Assembly (NCBI RefSeq): GCF_037042905.1
Contig: NC_087251.1
Location: forward strand, 14,324,001 to 14,388,000
Length of the DNA: 64,000 bases
Reading direction: 5' to 3'
DNA from: Lytechinus pictus
Taxonomy: Eukaryota
The notes under the pieces were generated by a model, which saw nothing but the letters and a program-made list of their open reading frames with translations, made no database searches and had not been told where the DNA came from. The position numbers and the translations under genes were made by a program. Shown here one piece after another: positions 11,750 to 24,563 of this stretch (positions are counted from its first letter, which is position 1; each line of letters starts with the position of its first letter).

Positions 11750-13212
11750 CTGATGAAGGTAGGTGAAGGAAAATCCAGTTGAAATCAATGAGAACTACCC
11801 AAACTTTATTTTCTTCAAATTGAAAAACAACCCTAAAATATCCCAAGTTAAATCTAGTAGAATGCGCTACCAAGAAGCTGTAACACGGGTATGAAACGTT
11901 CAATTCATATGTCTGGATTATATAAATATATAACGTAATTGTGCCTAGATAGTACTGCCATTCACACTTCAACACCAGATCCGTTTGGTCACTAACCTTG
12001 ATATATGCGCGGACATAACAGACAGGAGATCGAATGTCGAAAGTTCAATGCATTGAACAATATTTTGTATTATGAATTAAAAGAATGCGAAGAAATAAGT
12101 ACCTTGTCTAAAATTCATCGATCACAACACCATTGTATTGTAAAGATCTATATTCTTTCTCCGGTTTGTTGTTGAATGATAACAAATATTATTGTTTCAT
12201 TGTCAAGAGTTTGTGTTTTCATCCCTAATACGCACTGAATTCCCAGCGTGGGCGTTGTTGACAAACAATACTGGAACTATGATCGTCCAATAAGAAAAGA
12301 GCTTCAGTGAATTATCAGAAAGAATTCTCCGAAGTTGTATGACGCACATACAAGTATTTTTTAACTGAATGTCACCACAATATCTTTGAAGGAAGTATGT
12401 CTTATCAGAGGTGAATTAGGAAAAATATTGAGGGTGCTGAGCTAAATTGAATTAAATCATGAACAATAACCACTTTTCAAGCTAAATACCACATGGTTTT
12501 CAAGTAATTAAAGTCAAATCGACCACATATTCAATTCAATTGGGTGAAAATTGTGATGGTAAAGAAAATGCAAGGCAATGATTTAAGTACTATGTAACTT
12601 TCCTGTGGTAACAGGGGTAGGATACGGGGAGAGGCGGGGGGGGGGGGGGGAGCGGTGGCTCAAGTAACGATAACCCTATACCTGCATGGCAGTATACCAT
12701 TATTATTGTCTACGATCGAATTAAATGCGTTCGTTTATAACGCGAATTGTGACCCAGACATGCTTCATGAATATCAACTTTTCACCGGTAGCCATTTCTT
12801 GACATTATTCTTCTCGAGGCCATCTCTGCTAAATTGAGAAATCAATCATAATCTGAGATATATTGTATATTGCTAGTTTTCATAATAAAGTAGTAAGAAT
12901 TTCCTTATACTTGTTCATGAATTTGACGTTGTTCGAAGGGCATAAATTTCCTATTTCCGATTGTTTAAATATTTTAGAGAGCGTATTGGATGATTGATGT
13001 AGCGGAAATTTTCCTTGAGAAAAAAAGTTTTAAAATAATTTGGTACAAGGCAATGAAATATGGAAATTTTCATTAAGCAGAGGAAAAATTATATGCAAGG
13101 GAGTATACAGTTGTACGTTTCCCTTTTTTTTCATAAACTCAAAATATTGTTAAACAATTGAAGAAAGAACACAAGAATTAATTGAGAAGTTAAAGAAACA
13201 AAATTGTCATAC

Positions 13213-13441
13213 CTTGAAATGTTGTTTGGTCACATTGTATCCTACGTGACGCTTGGCGAGATCTTGCAGTATCGGGATTAACAATTCCAAGTCGTCCAAT
13301 CCAGATACTGCCACTCCTACGGTATCCATTATACGTTTACCGTGGGCCCTGAGATCCTTGTTGGCGAGTAGCTGATCATAGCTAAGGTTCATGCTCCCGA
13401 AGGGAAATAGTTTGCCCACATTTGGGTTGTCTGTAATCAAT
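13213..13441 (-). CDS. Globin domain 4 central exon
   Basis: LITDNPNVGKLFPFGS...LRAHGKRI...LAKRHVGYNVTKQHFK; 229 nt. Confidence 0.95.
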
Positions 13442-13836
13442 CTGAAAAAAAAACCACAATGGCAACAACGTTATAGTGTTTTTGAGGTGTACAAAAATAT
13501 ATTTCCTCTGCCGACAACGAATACAATTATAGCAGTTTAAGCTTTTTAAATTTGTATTTTTATTTCTATGTATCATCCCTTTCTTGGTTTTATTGATCTC
13601 TCGAATTTTAAGTGAACCAACAACGGGATGGGAAGTGAAAGCCTTCCATGTTTGGCGTATAGTTATAAATGAAAAGACATGAAAAAGGAGCAACCTAATA
13701 ATTCTTCCTCAGAGAACTTAAAAAAGATAGAACAAAACTAATTGACAGATAAATAATCCCAGCGATCATCAGTCTACTTTTGTTTTGAAGAACAGTAAAT
13801 GTCTACAGCCATTTTCAGTATGTAGATGTCTCTTAC

Positions 13837-14063
13837 TTGGCAAAGAGTACCGATCCGTGTCTTGTAGGATCTTGACCGATTGTCTTCCAAGACGTCTGCA
13901 CGAGGCTTTTCTGTGTTGCAGTGATGGGTCCATCAGGGACTACTTCAGCCATAGTGTCGGTTACAACCTTGAATAATTCGGCCCATGCATTGCGGACATC
14001 TGAGGTAAATGACGACGGGCCGACGCCAAGTCTTACCGCGTGTAGAAATGCATCTCCAGTTGG
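13837..14063 (-). CDS. Junction exon, domain 3/4
   Basis: PTGDAFLHAVRLGVG...QTSWKTIGQDPTRHGSVLFA(K); 227 nt. Confidence 0.95.
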
Positions 14064-14364
14064 CTGAATAATAAGAGGGGGTATCATATAATCTTACCAG
14101 TGAACAACAAAATGAGATAAAACGTATTTTTATGGAGCAAAATAAGAAAGATGATCATTGGAGGGTAACTGATATTCTCAACTCCTTTATATGGAGGAAA
14201 TACCCCTTCCCCCACTTAATAAATAAGAATGATGAAACCGTAAGATCATCACAACGAAAAAGCGTTGAAAGGAAAACTTGTCCCGTCCTTCGCTCATCTG
14301 TTCATGTTTTCAAATCATTCAAATCTTTATTCATTTACAGTAAAAGAGATTGGATGTCACTTAC

Positions 14365-14593
14365 CGCGAAGTAACGCTTCTGGACATTGTATCCAATGTG
14401 TCTCTGCGCCAGGTCTCTGAGGGTTGGGAGAAGCAGGTCTAAATCATCAAGGCCATTGACTGCATGACCAACAGTTTCGAAGACGCGTCTTCCATGTGCT
14501 TTGACGTCCTGATTTTGTAGCAGCTGCTCATAAGTCAACCCTTTCCCGCCAAACGAAAAGACTTTGCCAACCTCAGGATAAGAAGTTGCTAAT
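14365..14593 (-). CDS. Globin domain 3 central exon
   Basis: LATSYPEVGKVFSFGG...VKAHGRRV...LAQRHIGYNVQKRYFA; 229 nt. Confidence 0.95.
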
Positions 14594-14870
14594 CTATTCG
14601 GAAGATGCATTGACGTCAATGAATAAGATGTCATCATTATCAAATGGGAATAGCTTTTTGCTGAAGAATAAGTTTTGCATCAAGACATGGAGGGAAAGAC
14701 AACGCCCCCTCCCCCCCCCCCCATGACAAGACGATAAAAAAATCAACAAATGTATTATTTACTGATATAATGATTATCCGTAACCTTTAAAATTGAACAA
14801 TTATCTTCTGGACCAGGTATGAAAAACATGAAATTAAAATGAAAAAAGTTTAAAAGGAAATTATCCTTAC

Positions 14871-15103
14871 TTGGCAAACATAACCGACCCATGTCTCTCT
14901 GGATCCCTGGACAACTTCTTCCATGACTCCTGTATCAGGCGCTTTTGTGTCGGGGAAACGATCTCCTTTGAGCCCTCCGGAAGCATGTCGGACATTGTAT
15001 CAACTACGAGTTGGAACACGGCCAGCCATGCCCCTTTCACTTCTTCGCTGAAAGACCTACCAAGTCCCTCACGGATGGCATGCATTAATGCTTCACCGAC
15101 TGG
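14871..15103 (-). CDS. Junction exon, domain 2/3
   Basis: PVGEALMHAIREGLG...QESWKKLSRDPERHGSVMFA(K); 233 nt. Confidence 0.95.
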
Positions 15104-15365
15104 CTAAACGGGTGCAATTAGTGAAATTAAGTTGATTGGTTTGGAAATAAAATTATCATGACGAAAGAAGGAAACGATTTCATTCTAAATTTTACTTCTA
15201 ATTTACTAAATGAAATTTTAGATAAATGCCCACATGCAGATAAATGACCCTCTGTCATCACTTAAACTGTAGACTACTTCAAATTCTCTTTCGTACTATC
15301 TAAAACTACTTTGTCATCATTAAAAAAAACGTTTGTCATTAATATTTAGAATCTAATACTCTTAC

Positions 15366-15591
15366 CTGGAAATGCTGTCTGGTGACACTGTACCCGATGT
15401 GTCTTCTGGCCAAATCACGAAGAATGGGCACCAGGATGTCAAGATCATCGAGGGCCCCGACTGCCTGGCCGATGGTCTCCATCACCTTCCTCCCATGAGC
15501 TCTCAGAGTCTGGTTCTCAACGAGCTGACTGTAGGAAAGATTCTCACCGAACGGAAACAGGTGAGCAACTACTGGGTGAACAGATATGAGT
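15366..15591 (-). CDS. Globin domain 2 central exon
   Basis: LISVHPVVAHLFPFGENLSYSQLVENQTLRAHGRKV...LARRHIGYSVTRQHFQ; 226 nt, one codon shorter than the other central exons. Confidence 0.95.
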
Positions 15592-15848
15592 CTGAAATAT
15601 ACAACATAAATGCAAATAGACCAATCGTTAAGATGTAGTATTACTTTTAACTTTTTGGGTGGACACTACTGCTTCTCCAGACAGGGTCATCATAATAATA
15701 GTCGTTCTGTTCAATTTCTTAATTTCGGTAGACTTAGATCTTCAACATGTTTGCAGGTTTATCTTAACGAGTTTTCACATTTTATGGCTTCTTGGTGACC
15801 TTAATTATTACTATAATTTCGTGGGTTCTTAAGAATATTAATAGGGTA

Positions 15849-16131
15849 CACTGTTTTAAAAAATGCGATTTTACAGAAAGAAAAAAGAAGATTCTGCAGA
15901 AAGCAATAACAGAATCATTCTGTAAATTCATAAAACAGGAATTTTTCTGCAATTTAACAGAACAGGTCTGTTCAAAAAGGGGAAAAGGGTGTTTTATTTA
16001 AGGAAATTTGTCAGATTCCATACACCAAATACCAATTTCCTGTAGTTTACGCAATCTGGTAAGATTACAGGTGTTCTCGAGACTCTGCTGCAGGAACTTC
16101 TTTTATTTTAAGGATAAATTTTCTAACAGTG
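15849..16131. mobile_element. MITE with CACTG termini and TA flanks (CACTA/EnSpm-like)
   Basis: TA|CACTGTT...AACAGTG|TA. Confidence 0.6.
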
Positions 16132-16207
16132 TAGATTACTTGGAAGCAAATCGGTATACTTCCCGATATATAAATCCTAGTCTCTTCTTGAAGCTATTTT
16201 GACGTAC

Positions 16208-16431
16208 TTTGCGAACATGGCTGCTCCGTGTTGCTCCATGTCTAGAGATAGCACTCCCCAGGTCTTCCTTACAATATCCTGTTCTCTGGTCGTAAGCGGT
16301 CCATCGGAAAGCTTCGTTGACATCGTATCAGCCACGATGTTGAAGACGGCGGTCCATGCTGCTTTCACATCAGATGTGAAACCTGCTCCTATGGCCTGTT
16401 CTAGGGTGAATAGAAGAGCTTCACCAACCGC
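16208..16431 (-). CDS. Junction exon: domain 1 G7-H, linker, domain 2 A-B12
   Basis: AVGEALLF...KAAWTAVFNIVADTMSTKLSDGPLTTREQDIVRKTW...HGAAMFA(K); 224 nt. Confidence 0.95.
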
Positions 16432-16674
16432 CTAAATAATTGTTTTAAGAGAGAGAATTAGAGGCTTTTTATATTTGGTTAATTCTTGCGGAAACTTCCT
16501 AAATGCAAAAATAAAACGTAACTTGATCGGACTTTATAAACTGGGTCATGTCGACCTATGCAGAGGACTATTTCAAAACTTTCCAATTGCTTTATCTCTC
16601 TGACATATTATAACTGGTCTAGCACAATTTGCAACTACATTCATGTATAGATCTGAATCTGTGGATTCACTAAC

Positions 16675-16903
16675 CTTGATATGTGTCTTCTTAGCATTGT
16701 AAGAATTATGCCTCTGGCCGAGGTCTTCGAGTATTTGGACGACGAGTTCCATGTCGTCAAGGTCTTCGACCACCGATCCTAATGTATCAATGACCCTCAT
16801 ACCATGAGCTCTGACATCGGGATCAACAAGGAGTTCTCCATACGACAGATTCTTTCCACCGAAAGAAAACAACTTTCCAATATCCGGGTGATCGGACGTC
16901 AAT
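16675..16903 (-). CDS. Globin domain 1 central exon (B12.2-G7.0)
   Basis: LTSDHPDIGKLFSFGG...VRAHGMRV...LGQRHNSYNAKKTHIK; 229 nt, AG/GT flanks. Confidence 0.95.
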
Positions 16904-17828
16904 CTATGAAACATTTTTAAAACGAAGGCAATTCGAGGCAAAATATATATATAAAGATAATTGTTCAAGGCTAAAATAATAAAACGGTTTGGTAAGGCCT
17001 GTATTACTTTTCCCAAGGTCTCCGAGATAGTTTGCGAATCCATATAATCTGAGGAGTCAAGCTCAAGCCTTTTTCTTTTTCATTTCTAACGTATATGGTT
17101 TTATATATTATATTGTATGATTTGTCCGCTTATGTCCATCTTGATTGTTTTATTAACTTGAAACAAAAAAACTAAAATGAGAATGAAATAAACAAATCTA
17201 GAAATATTTAATTATTTCGGACCAATTTTCTACATTTTTGGATGCCTTCCAAATAGCGAATGGGCGCCATTAAAGTTCATGGAGTAGTTTGTAGAACTGT
17301 AAATATCCGATCAGATGATGTAAATTTAAAAACTTGCAATTATTGTTAACGGGTTCCAATTTGAATAAGTTAGTCGGTTTATAACAATTTCATTAGACAT
17401 TCATATAAATGCCAGCTGTAGAAAAGAATGTGCGTATGGTTGTGTAAAATTGTGTTTAACAAGAACCCACCCCGTTTAATCAAAGTGTCAATTAAAAATT
17501 CCTCGTCGCCCATTTTTTCGAGAATGAAATATGTCAAGGAACGCACAAAACTACCCTCATGATTTTGATATTTCAGCCAGGATTCTGTGTCAAAAAAGAA
17601 CTAAATTTATGACCCACAAGAAGGAACAACAACAATATCAAGTTTCGTTCGTCTATCTCAGTGATAATGTTTACTTCCTCTTTGAAGAAAACCAGATACG
17701 ATATTATCGAGATTTGTCGTGATTTACCATGGATAAACATTCCCTGGGTATTATTACATATACATACTGCACATACTGTGTAGAAATTATCCTCATACAT
17801 TTCGTTGAAAAATTGTGCCATACAAACT

Positions 17829-18470
17829 TCTTTTTTTTTCTTTTAATTTCTATTGATCATTTACAAATATATTCAAGAATCAAGACAAAAATTACGATGT
17901 ATTTACACCATTTACACAAAGCAGCATTAAACATTTTGAAGAGAGAGAGAGAGAAAACAAGGGTATTTTAAACATGGGTATGAAATATTCTAAATTCTTA
18001 TCACAATTTAGTAAAGTCAAGAAACCTTCGGATACAGGTGAAGTATAGTATTTCAACAAAAGAAGGATATGTTAGAAAAATTTATCTTCCTGCATACCAA
18101 ATATTTTCTGAAAAACTGAGGGTTGAATTTCTTTTTTATCTTTTGTGTTAATTATCCTAATAACATCATTCTAAGTGGGCAAGACTTTGTTATATACATA
18201 GATTATAATAAGCGTTTCGGGGTCTTTGTTACAAAAGGAGCAAAGAGGAGAATCAGTTCTTTTAATTTTGAAGAAGAAGTCATCGAAGTTGATTGTCCTA
18301 TGAAAAATTTTGAAATAAAACTCCCGCAGACGAGGATTTATTGTACATTTGAAGTTGGTCAAACGAGTTTTCTCCCAATTTGTATCAGGTAATACACAAA
18401 AATACTTCAAAATGGAAATCTATTTTTACGGGATGCATTTATCCAAGAAAATAGAACAAGAATAATTAGT
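17829..18470 (-). mobile_element. Decayed L1/Tx1-type LINE 3' fragment
   Basis: Translation CTINPRLREFYFKIFHRTI...KIKRTDSPLCSFCNKDPETL resembles the zf-RVT C-terminal zinc-binding region of ORF2; A-rich tail on the minus strand near 17829. Confidence 0.7.
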
Positions 18471-20349
18471 AACTATTTCATATTGTTATAATTGCTTAAA
18501 AATTTCTTCATAAATATCAATAACAATAAGTTCAAACTATCCAACTAAAGAGAAGGGATAATCTTTAGCCAAAATATATATATTTTTTCTTTTTCTTTCA
18601 TTGACCCGAATACCAAAATCGAAAACAAGCTCTTCAAAAAATGTTAGAACCAGGGCGCGGAGGATTTAGAAGATATTTTACGAAAACAAATCTGCCCCTC
18701 ATTATGTTCCTCTCTATATCACGAGCCATGTCCTTCATTGTGTAATATATCACGCAAAATATAATCGTGAATAGTGGTTGAAAATGGATAAATGAATCAA
18801 AGTGCATTCGGTCCATTCCATCACTGAGTCTTGGCCATTACCGCCTCCTTAATTGCGTGAAACACGATTACCACCTCGCATATCAAGAGAATTACCGCAA
18901 CATCGATTTTGAAGGTCGCAAGACCATGGAATTGTCGTGGAGTTCTGATGATATAATCCAATAGACTTAATACTCCCGGCACTCTACAATTACAGGTCAA
19001 GTCGACGCTTTTTAACAATGTCTTTTGGTCATTATTGCCATATTTCAAGGTAGACATGCACAATCATTTTAATTTCGTATGTTTTCAGTTTATCTATTTT
19101 ATTATTTTTGTAAAGATGTATTGTTGGTATTTCGAAAAAGCGGAATTCTACAACTTGCTTCTTCGTGTGTGTAGTGATTCTGACTTTCTTCTTTGATGAC
19201 TTCTTTTTAATGGTTTTTTTCTCCTTTCTTGTTTGTTTTAAGATTTCGGAAGAGGAGGAACCACCCGTCTCAAATGGGGGAAAGGTTATATTTGAAAATT
19301 TAAATGAAGCTTTGCTTTCATGAGTACAAAATTTGATTATTATGGGTATACATTTAGAATTGCCCCTTTTAATTCCATGGTCATTCCTTTCACTGAGCAT
19401 GATTATTTTTAGTGCGTTTTTCCCTTATTCAGGCATCTATTCCACTTCAGTTCACTCAGCTCATTGTCAATGTAAGACGAATATCTCTCTTCCTTTTGAC
19501 TGAGTTTCGATTCAATCGAAGATGAATATATTTTTACTACAAATAATGAAGAATAATGTGTGGCCGTCGGAAAATAAATATTGATTATAATCATTTTTAA
19601 GTTATTTAGTCTAATAATGGTATTCATAATCTAACAATAAATGTTTAATCATGTGATCGTATGAACTCTACTGACATTTCCTGTTGCTTATATTGGCGAT
19701 TTAGGATCGTCAAACTAAGTTGCGTTTCAACTAGAAATTAAATATAATGAATATAAAAGAATTGGACTTGCAATTCTAATAAGATACATTAAATCATTCT
19801 TTCAACTGAAACACATCGTGTAAAAATTACGCGGTACTTCGTTGAAAATAAAGAGTATCTTTCATTTTGTTCAGTGTTACAAAGAGCGGAGAAGAAGTGT
19901 AAATCAAGAAGGAACTTCGATTTCGCAAAAGCAGGCATGGGTCCAGGGACACATGCCTCCTACCACCCAAATCTTTACAAAAAATAGTTTGTGATATATG
20001 TTATGCCTTTGATAAATGAAGAGACCATTCTTTCTTTCTTTCGATAGAAAAGTTTTTTTTAATGGCAAGCTTTTTTAGTTTATCTTTTTTTATCTTTTGG
20101 AATATGGAGTGATGATCCTTTTTTCTTTAATATTGTTTGTGCCCCTCTCAATTCTTAATCCTAGATCTGGTCAACTGAAATAAATTCCTACTTAGTTAGT
20201 CAGAAAGAATACGACTCAATAAATCTTCTTTTTTTTACTCTATTTGCTGTTCATTTCTCTTGTTATTCATGTCGAAACGAAAATATATTACATTGTATAC
20301 CATTATTATTACTTGAGATGCAGATATTCAAATGGGTTTTATGGTGCTG

Positions 20350-20515
20350 AATGGTGCAGTCACATTGTCCCTACGACGGCCGTATGGCGAGTCGAAAACA
20401 GCAATTTTATTCATATTTATTCGAACCTCCTACATGTATCTGGTACAATAAATGTTAAAACGGCTTGTTTTGACTCGCCGAATGGCCGCCGTAGGTGAAA
20501 TGTGACTGCGCCATT
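20350..20515. mobile_element. Small MITE with long inverted arms (Harbinger-like)
   Basis: AATGGTGCAGTCACATT...CTACGACGGCC versus GGCCGCCGTAG...AATGTGACTGCGCCATT; a related short element lies at about 48944-49052. Confidence 0.6.
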
Positions 20516-20705
20516 AGCTATAAAATTCATCGTAAAAAGAGATCAACGCAATGCTCAGATCATTGTCCATTCTCCTAGAAACTTAAATTGGGTTCTTAAT
20601 ATACAGATATATATATATATATTTATTTAACTATGTGGTTCACTTATTTTTTCTATAGTCATGATAAGATTGGTTCACTGTTTCACTGATTTTTTAGCAC
20701 CACTC

Positions 20706-20739
20706 TGTGTATGTGTGTGTGAGGGTGTGTGAGTGCGTG

Positions 20740-20780
<41 letters not shown>

Positions 20781-20783
20781 GAG
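20706..20783. repeat. Compound (GT)n(AT)n(AG)n microsatellite next to the exon 2 donor
   Basis: Directly visible. Confidence 0.9.
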
Positions 20784-20807
20784 GGGGTCCTTTCCATAAT
20801 AACTTAC

Positions 20808-21022
20808 TTAGCAAACATCATGGAACCATGTAGTTCTGCCTTCTTTTCCAGTGTCTTCCATGTATTCCTCACCAGGGTCTTTTGTCTCTCATCCAGGCTA
20901 GATGTGATTGGTTCATGAATCAAGGAGGTGCTAGAACCCTGGAATCCAAGGTTCTCCAACCCCCTATCATCCTCCATTCCAACCACCGCTGGTCGAGAAG
21001 AGCTGTTCAGGAGGGGCATTTT
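20808..21022 (-). CDS. Coding exon 2: linker plus helices A-B12 of globin domain 1
   Basis: KMPLLNS...LDERQKTLVRNTWKTLEKKAELHGSMMFA(K); acceptor TTCTTTAG, phase-2 donor GTAAGT; 215 nt. Confidence 0.92.
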
Positions 21023-21171
21023 CTAAAGAACAAAAGGTTAAAACTTATTGATAAAGCCGGTGAGTCCGTTCTACATGTATATTCCATGATATAGAAAAGA
21101 AGTAGAGACTAAATAAACTCACATCAATGCTAAACTTCACTGTTTTAATATTCCATGTTAACGATACTCGT

Positions 21172-21446
21172 GGAGCAGTGTGGCCCAGTGGATTAGTCTC
21201 CGGACCTTAAAACAGAGGGACTCGAATCCTAGCCATGGCTTGATTGCCTTTGTCAAGAAATTGATCCACAATATGTTGCACTCAACACAGGTGAGGTAAA
21301 TGGGTACCGGCATGAAGTCATTCCTCACAAAGCTGTGAGCTCCGGAATCCGTAGCCTAACTTAGCCGGGGTAATATAAAAGCATCTAGAGCACCTAAGAG
21401 GTTGGATATATGCGCTATACAATTACCCTATATTCTCATTATTATT
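21172..21446 (+). mobile_element. tRNA-derived SINE
   Basis: A box TGGCCCAGTGG, B box GACTCGAATCC, same core as the 3655 copy, short ATT tail. Confidence 0.8.
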
Positions 21447-23492
21447 CCAAAAAGAAGACCATCATAAACATTTTCAACCTCGTACCTATATGATTACGAT
21501 TCGTGTTAATCTAAGAAAATCGTTGCTACCATGTGTGTGATTATGCAAATGCTATCTGTCTTTTGTTCCATGGAAACTCCTACCTGCATGATCGACGACA
21601 AAATAATTAGCCGGTTGATGAGAAAGTAAAATGGTCAGATAACCCGTTCAAAATCAACTCTAGTTTTAAATAAGGGTCAGTCTGCCCTAAAACGTAAAAC
21701 TAAAGGTTGAAATGAAACATGAAGATATCACACTCCTTTCCATTCCCCGATGAAGTATGTATATTATTCCGTTAATACAGGGGTTATATACAAGTTATAT
21801 AACAATAAGGGAAAGCAAATAAATGTCCTGCAGTCAACCATGCATTATCTATCATTTCTATTCAAAGAGTAAAAATAAAGGTTCTGTCTGGCATTCTAGG
21901 GTGAATCCCTTCAACTCCATCTTATTCCTAATTATCTTCTTTCTCATTCACCGAACCTACAACTATTTCCTTTCTCGCCAATACATTCGCAAAAAAGACA
22001 AGTAAACCCTAGCAGCGATTTTCCATATTGAAATCACCAACAACACTTCATTAGCGTGGTTTGTCAACAACAGCGTCTACATATTACATTTGATGTTAAA
22101 AGTCCGGCCCGCAAAATCAGTGTGTAGCATCCAGCGTATTATTTCTGAGGATACTAAACATGGTAAAGAAAACACCTTTGAACCCCACTTTCCATTAAGA
22201 GGGGGAAACACAACACATGAGCAATCGCAACTTCATAATTTTTTGTTACAATTAGTGAGTGTATTTTTAATATCATATTTTTTAAATTGAATATTAACAT
22301 TAATATTGAAAATTTAGTGAGAATAATTCAGGAATCGAGGGCAACGAAAAAGAGAAGGCTAGAAAAGGGGTGAGAGTGAGCATTGTGGTATGGAGAAAAA
22401 ACATTAGTAGGTTCCTGTCAAGATTTCTGTAAAAAACATACGAAACTGTGTTGTCTATATTAAAGTGTACATATAATAATTACTGTATTTTTGGAGGGTT
22501 CTTATTTTCAAGTGTAAATTTTTTTGCCCTCCTTTTCTTGTAATGATATTTCCATTTACGAATGTACAATTCGATGATATTTTAATTGTTATCAAGAATA
22601 AATTGAATTTGAATTGAATTTAATTGAATATAATTCGAAGGCAGTCTAGGCAGATTCATTACATATATCTCAACCTAGACGGGCAACCAGGACCAATGCA
22701 ATCTTTGCTTCAGCGGAAATCTGTGATAAATTCATATCGATGAATTATCATTAGATTATATTTGAAGTACCTTATTCATTGTTGTTTATGTTAAATCGTA
22801 AATGCGAAAAAAAAAAATCCATCGATGAATATTGGTACGCAGTTAGGATCATTTCATTATATCAATGCATCAGAAAACGTTGCATAAAAGAAATCTCTGG
22901 AATTTTTTGGCCAGAGTTTTTTCAATGTGTTATTGTCAATGGCATGATTTCGTTTGACAGAGTTTTTGTTTATTTGCCACAGGTTTTTTTACAGTAAAAG
23001 ATTTATGCAACAGGCCCCAGAAGGCAATACACATGATATGGAATATTGATAGGACCGGTCTGTCAGAGGAGAAGAAAACAATCCTGCAAACAACCACCCT
23101 TTATCTGTTTTTTTATTCTATTCAAATTGAAGTATAATGAAAGGTTTTAGCTTTTGAGAATGAATCCCTTCAACTAAATTTGATTTCATATTATTTTTCA
23201 TCATCATTCATCAATTCTGCATTGAAGGTAGTCATTCCATTAATATGTGGAATTTGCAGAGGAGCAATTATCGCTGGAGCAAGTGTCATGGAACCCATTT
23301 GAGACCATAAAGGTGGAAACACTGAACCTGTATAAAAGTGATCGCAATGTGGCATTGCTGAAGGCCAATGTTAAACATTTTTGAAATTTTCTTGTGAAAA
23401 ATTAACGATCTATTCTTTCTCTCTGTAAAAGAAAGACATAAATTATGCAAACGCATTTTTCAGCCTTGTTTGGTGTACATTTATTAGTTTAA

Positions 23493-24095
23493 AGGACAAG
23501 TCCACCCCAACAAACAAATTATTTGAATAAAAAGAGAAAAATCCAACAAGAATAACACTGAAAATTTCATCAAAATCGGATGTAAAATAAGAAAGTTATG
23601 ACATTTTGAAGATTCGCTTAATTTCACAAAACAGTTATATGCACACCCTGGTCGGTATGCAAATGAGGAGACTGATGACTTCATCCACTCACTATTTCTT
23701 TTGTATTTTATTATATGACATATGAAATATTCAAATTTTCTCCTTATTGTCAAGTAAAACAGTGATTAATTCCTCTCTGTACATGTGCAATGAGCATTGT
23801 TTAATACTATATGGTTCAGTCAAGTCGGTCCCTATGGTCAAATCTGTAAAAATTGAAATATTGTATAATTCAAACAATAAAAAACAAAAGAAATAGTGAG
23901 TGATGGACATCATCGACTGACTCATTTGCATGTCACTGAGTTGTGCATATCACTGTTTTGTGAAAAATAAGCGAAACTTTAAAATGCCATTACTTTCTTA
24001 TTTTACATCCGATTTTGATGAAATTTTCGGTGTAATACTAGTTTGATTTTTCTCTATTTATTCAAATCAACATTTTGCTGGGGTGGACTTGACCT
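23493..24095. mobile_element. Kolobok-like MITE (TTAA TSD), copy 1
   Basis: TTAA|AGGACAAGTCCACCCC...GGGGTGGACTTGACCT|TTAA; long inverted arms. Confidence 0.8.
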
Positions 24096-24232
24096 TTAAT
24101 AACTGGTGCCTAATAGTGACGCAAATCAACTGAAATTGATATATACCTACTGTTTTCCGAAATATTGTGAAATCTTAATATCATTAACCCATGAGGGAAA
24201 TCATATTCAACGAGGATATGTTATTACATCAA

Positions 24233-24563
24233 CATGGCGAGATATTTGGACTCTCGCCGGGCCTTGGACACTTCATATCTTGACTTAAAAACAATTAATG
24301 TTTTTAAGTCGACTTGGCAAGATAAAATATCTCGCTATGTTGACATATAACGTTTTATAAGTCAACTTGGCAATATACCGTATCTCGCCATGTCGACATA
24401 TAACTTCTTATAAGTCGAATCGGCGAGAAAACGTATCTCGCCATGTCGACATATAACTTTTTATTCGTCGACTTGCCGAGATAACGTATCTCGCCATGTC
24501 GACATAATAAGGTTATTATGTCAACATGACAAGATAAAATATCTCGCCAAGTCGTCAAGTCGA
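24233..24563. repeat. Degenerate tandem repeat of about 50 bp
   Basis: Recurring ATCTCGCCATGTCGACATA...TCGACTTGGC units. Confidence 0.75.

Noticed and set aside
101..16903. Cluster of separate single-domain globin genes or pseudogenes
   Set aside because: Junction exons run from helix H into the next helix A with no stop codon, and all phases are compatible with one frame.
18634..19627. Chain of minus-strand ORFs upstream of the LINE fragment
   Set aside because: They may be further decayed LINE sequence (IINIYFPT resembles an endonuclease motif), but the evidence is too thin to call.
594..20918. Repeated plus-strand ORFs such as YFANMTAPC... (594, 4546, 7300, 8381, 11538, 14871, 16199, 20733)
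   Set aside because: They are antisense shadows of the globin junction exons; the splice signals and globin motifs are all on the minus strand.
24233..24563. CRISPR-like palindromic repeats
   Set aside because: The spacers are themselves repetitive, so this is an ordinary tandem or transposon-derived repeat.
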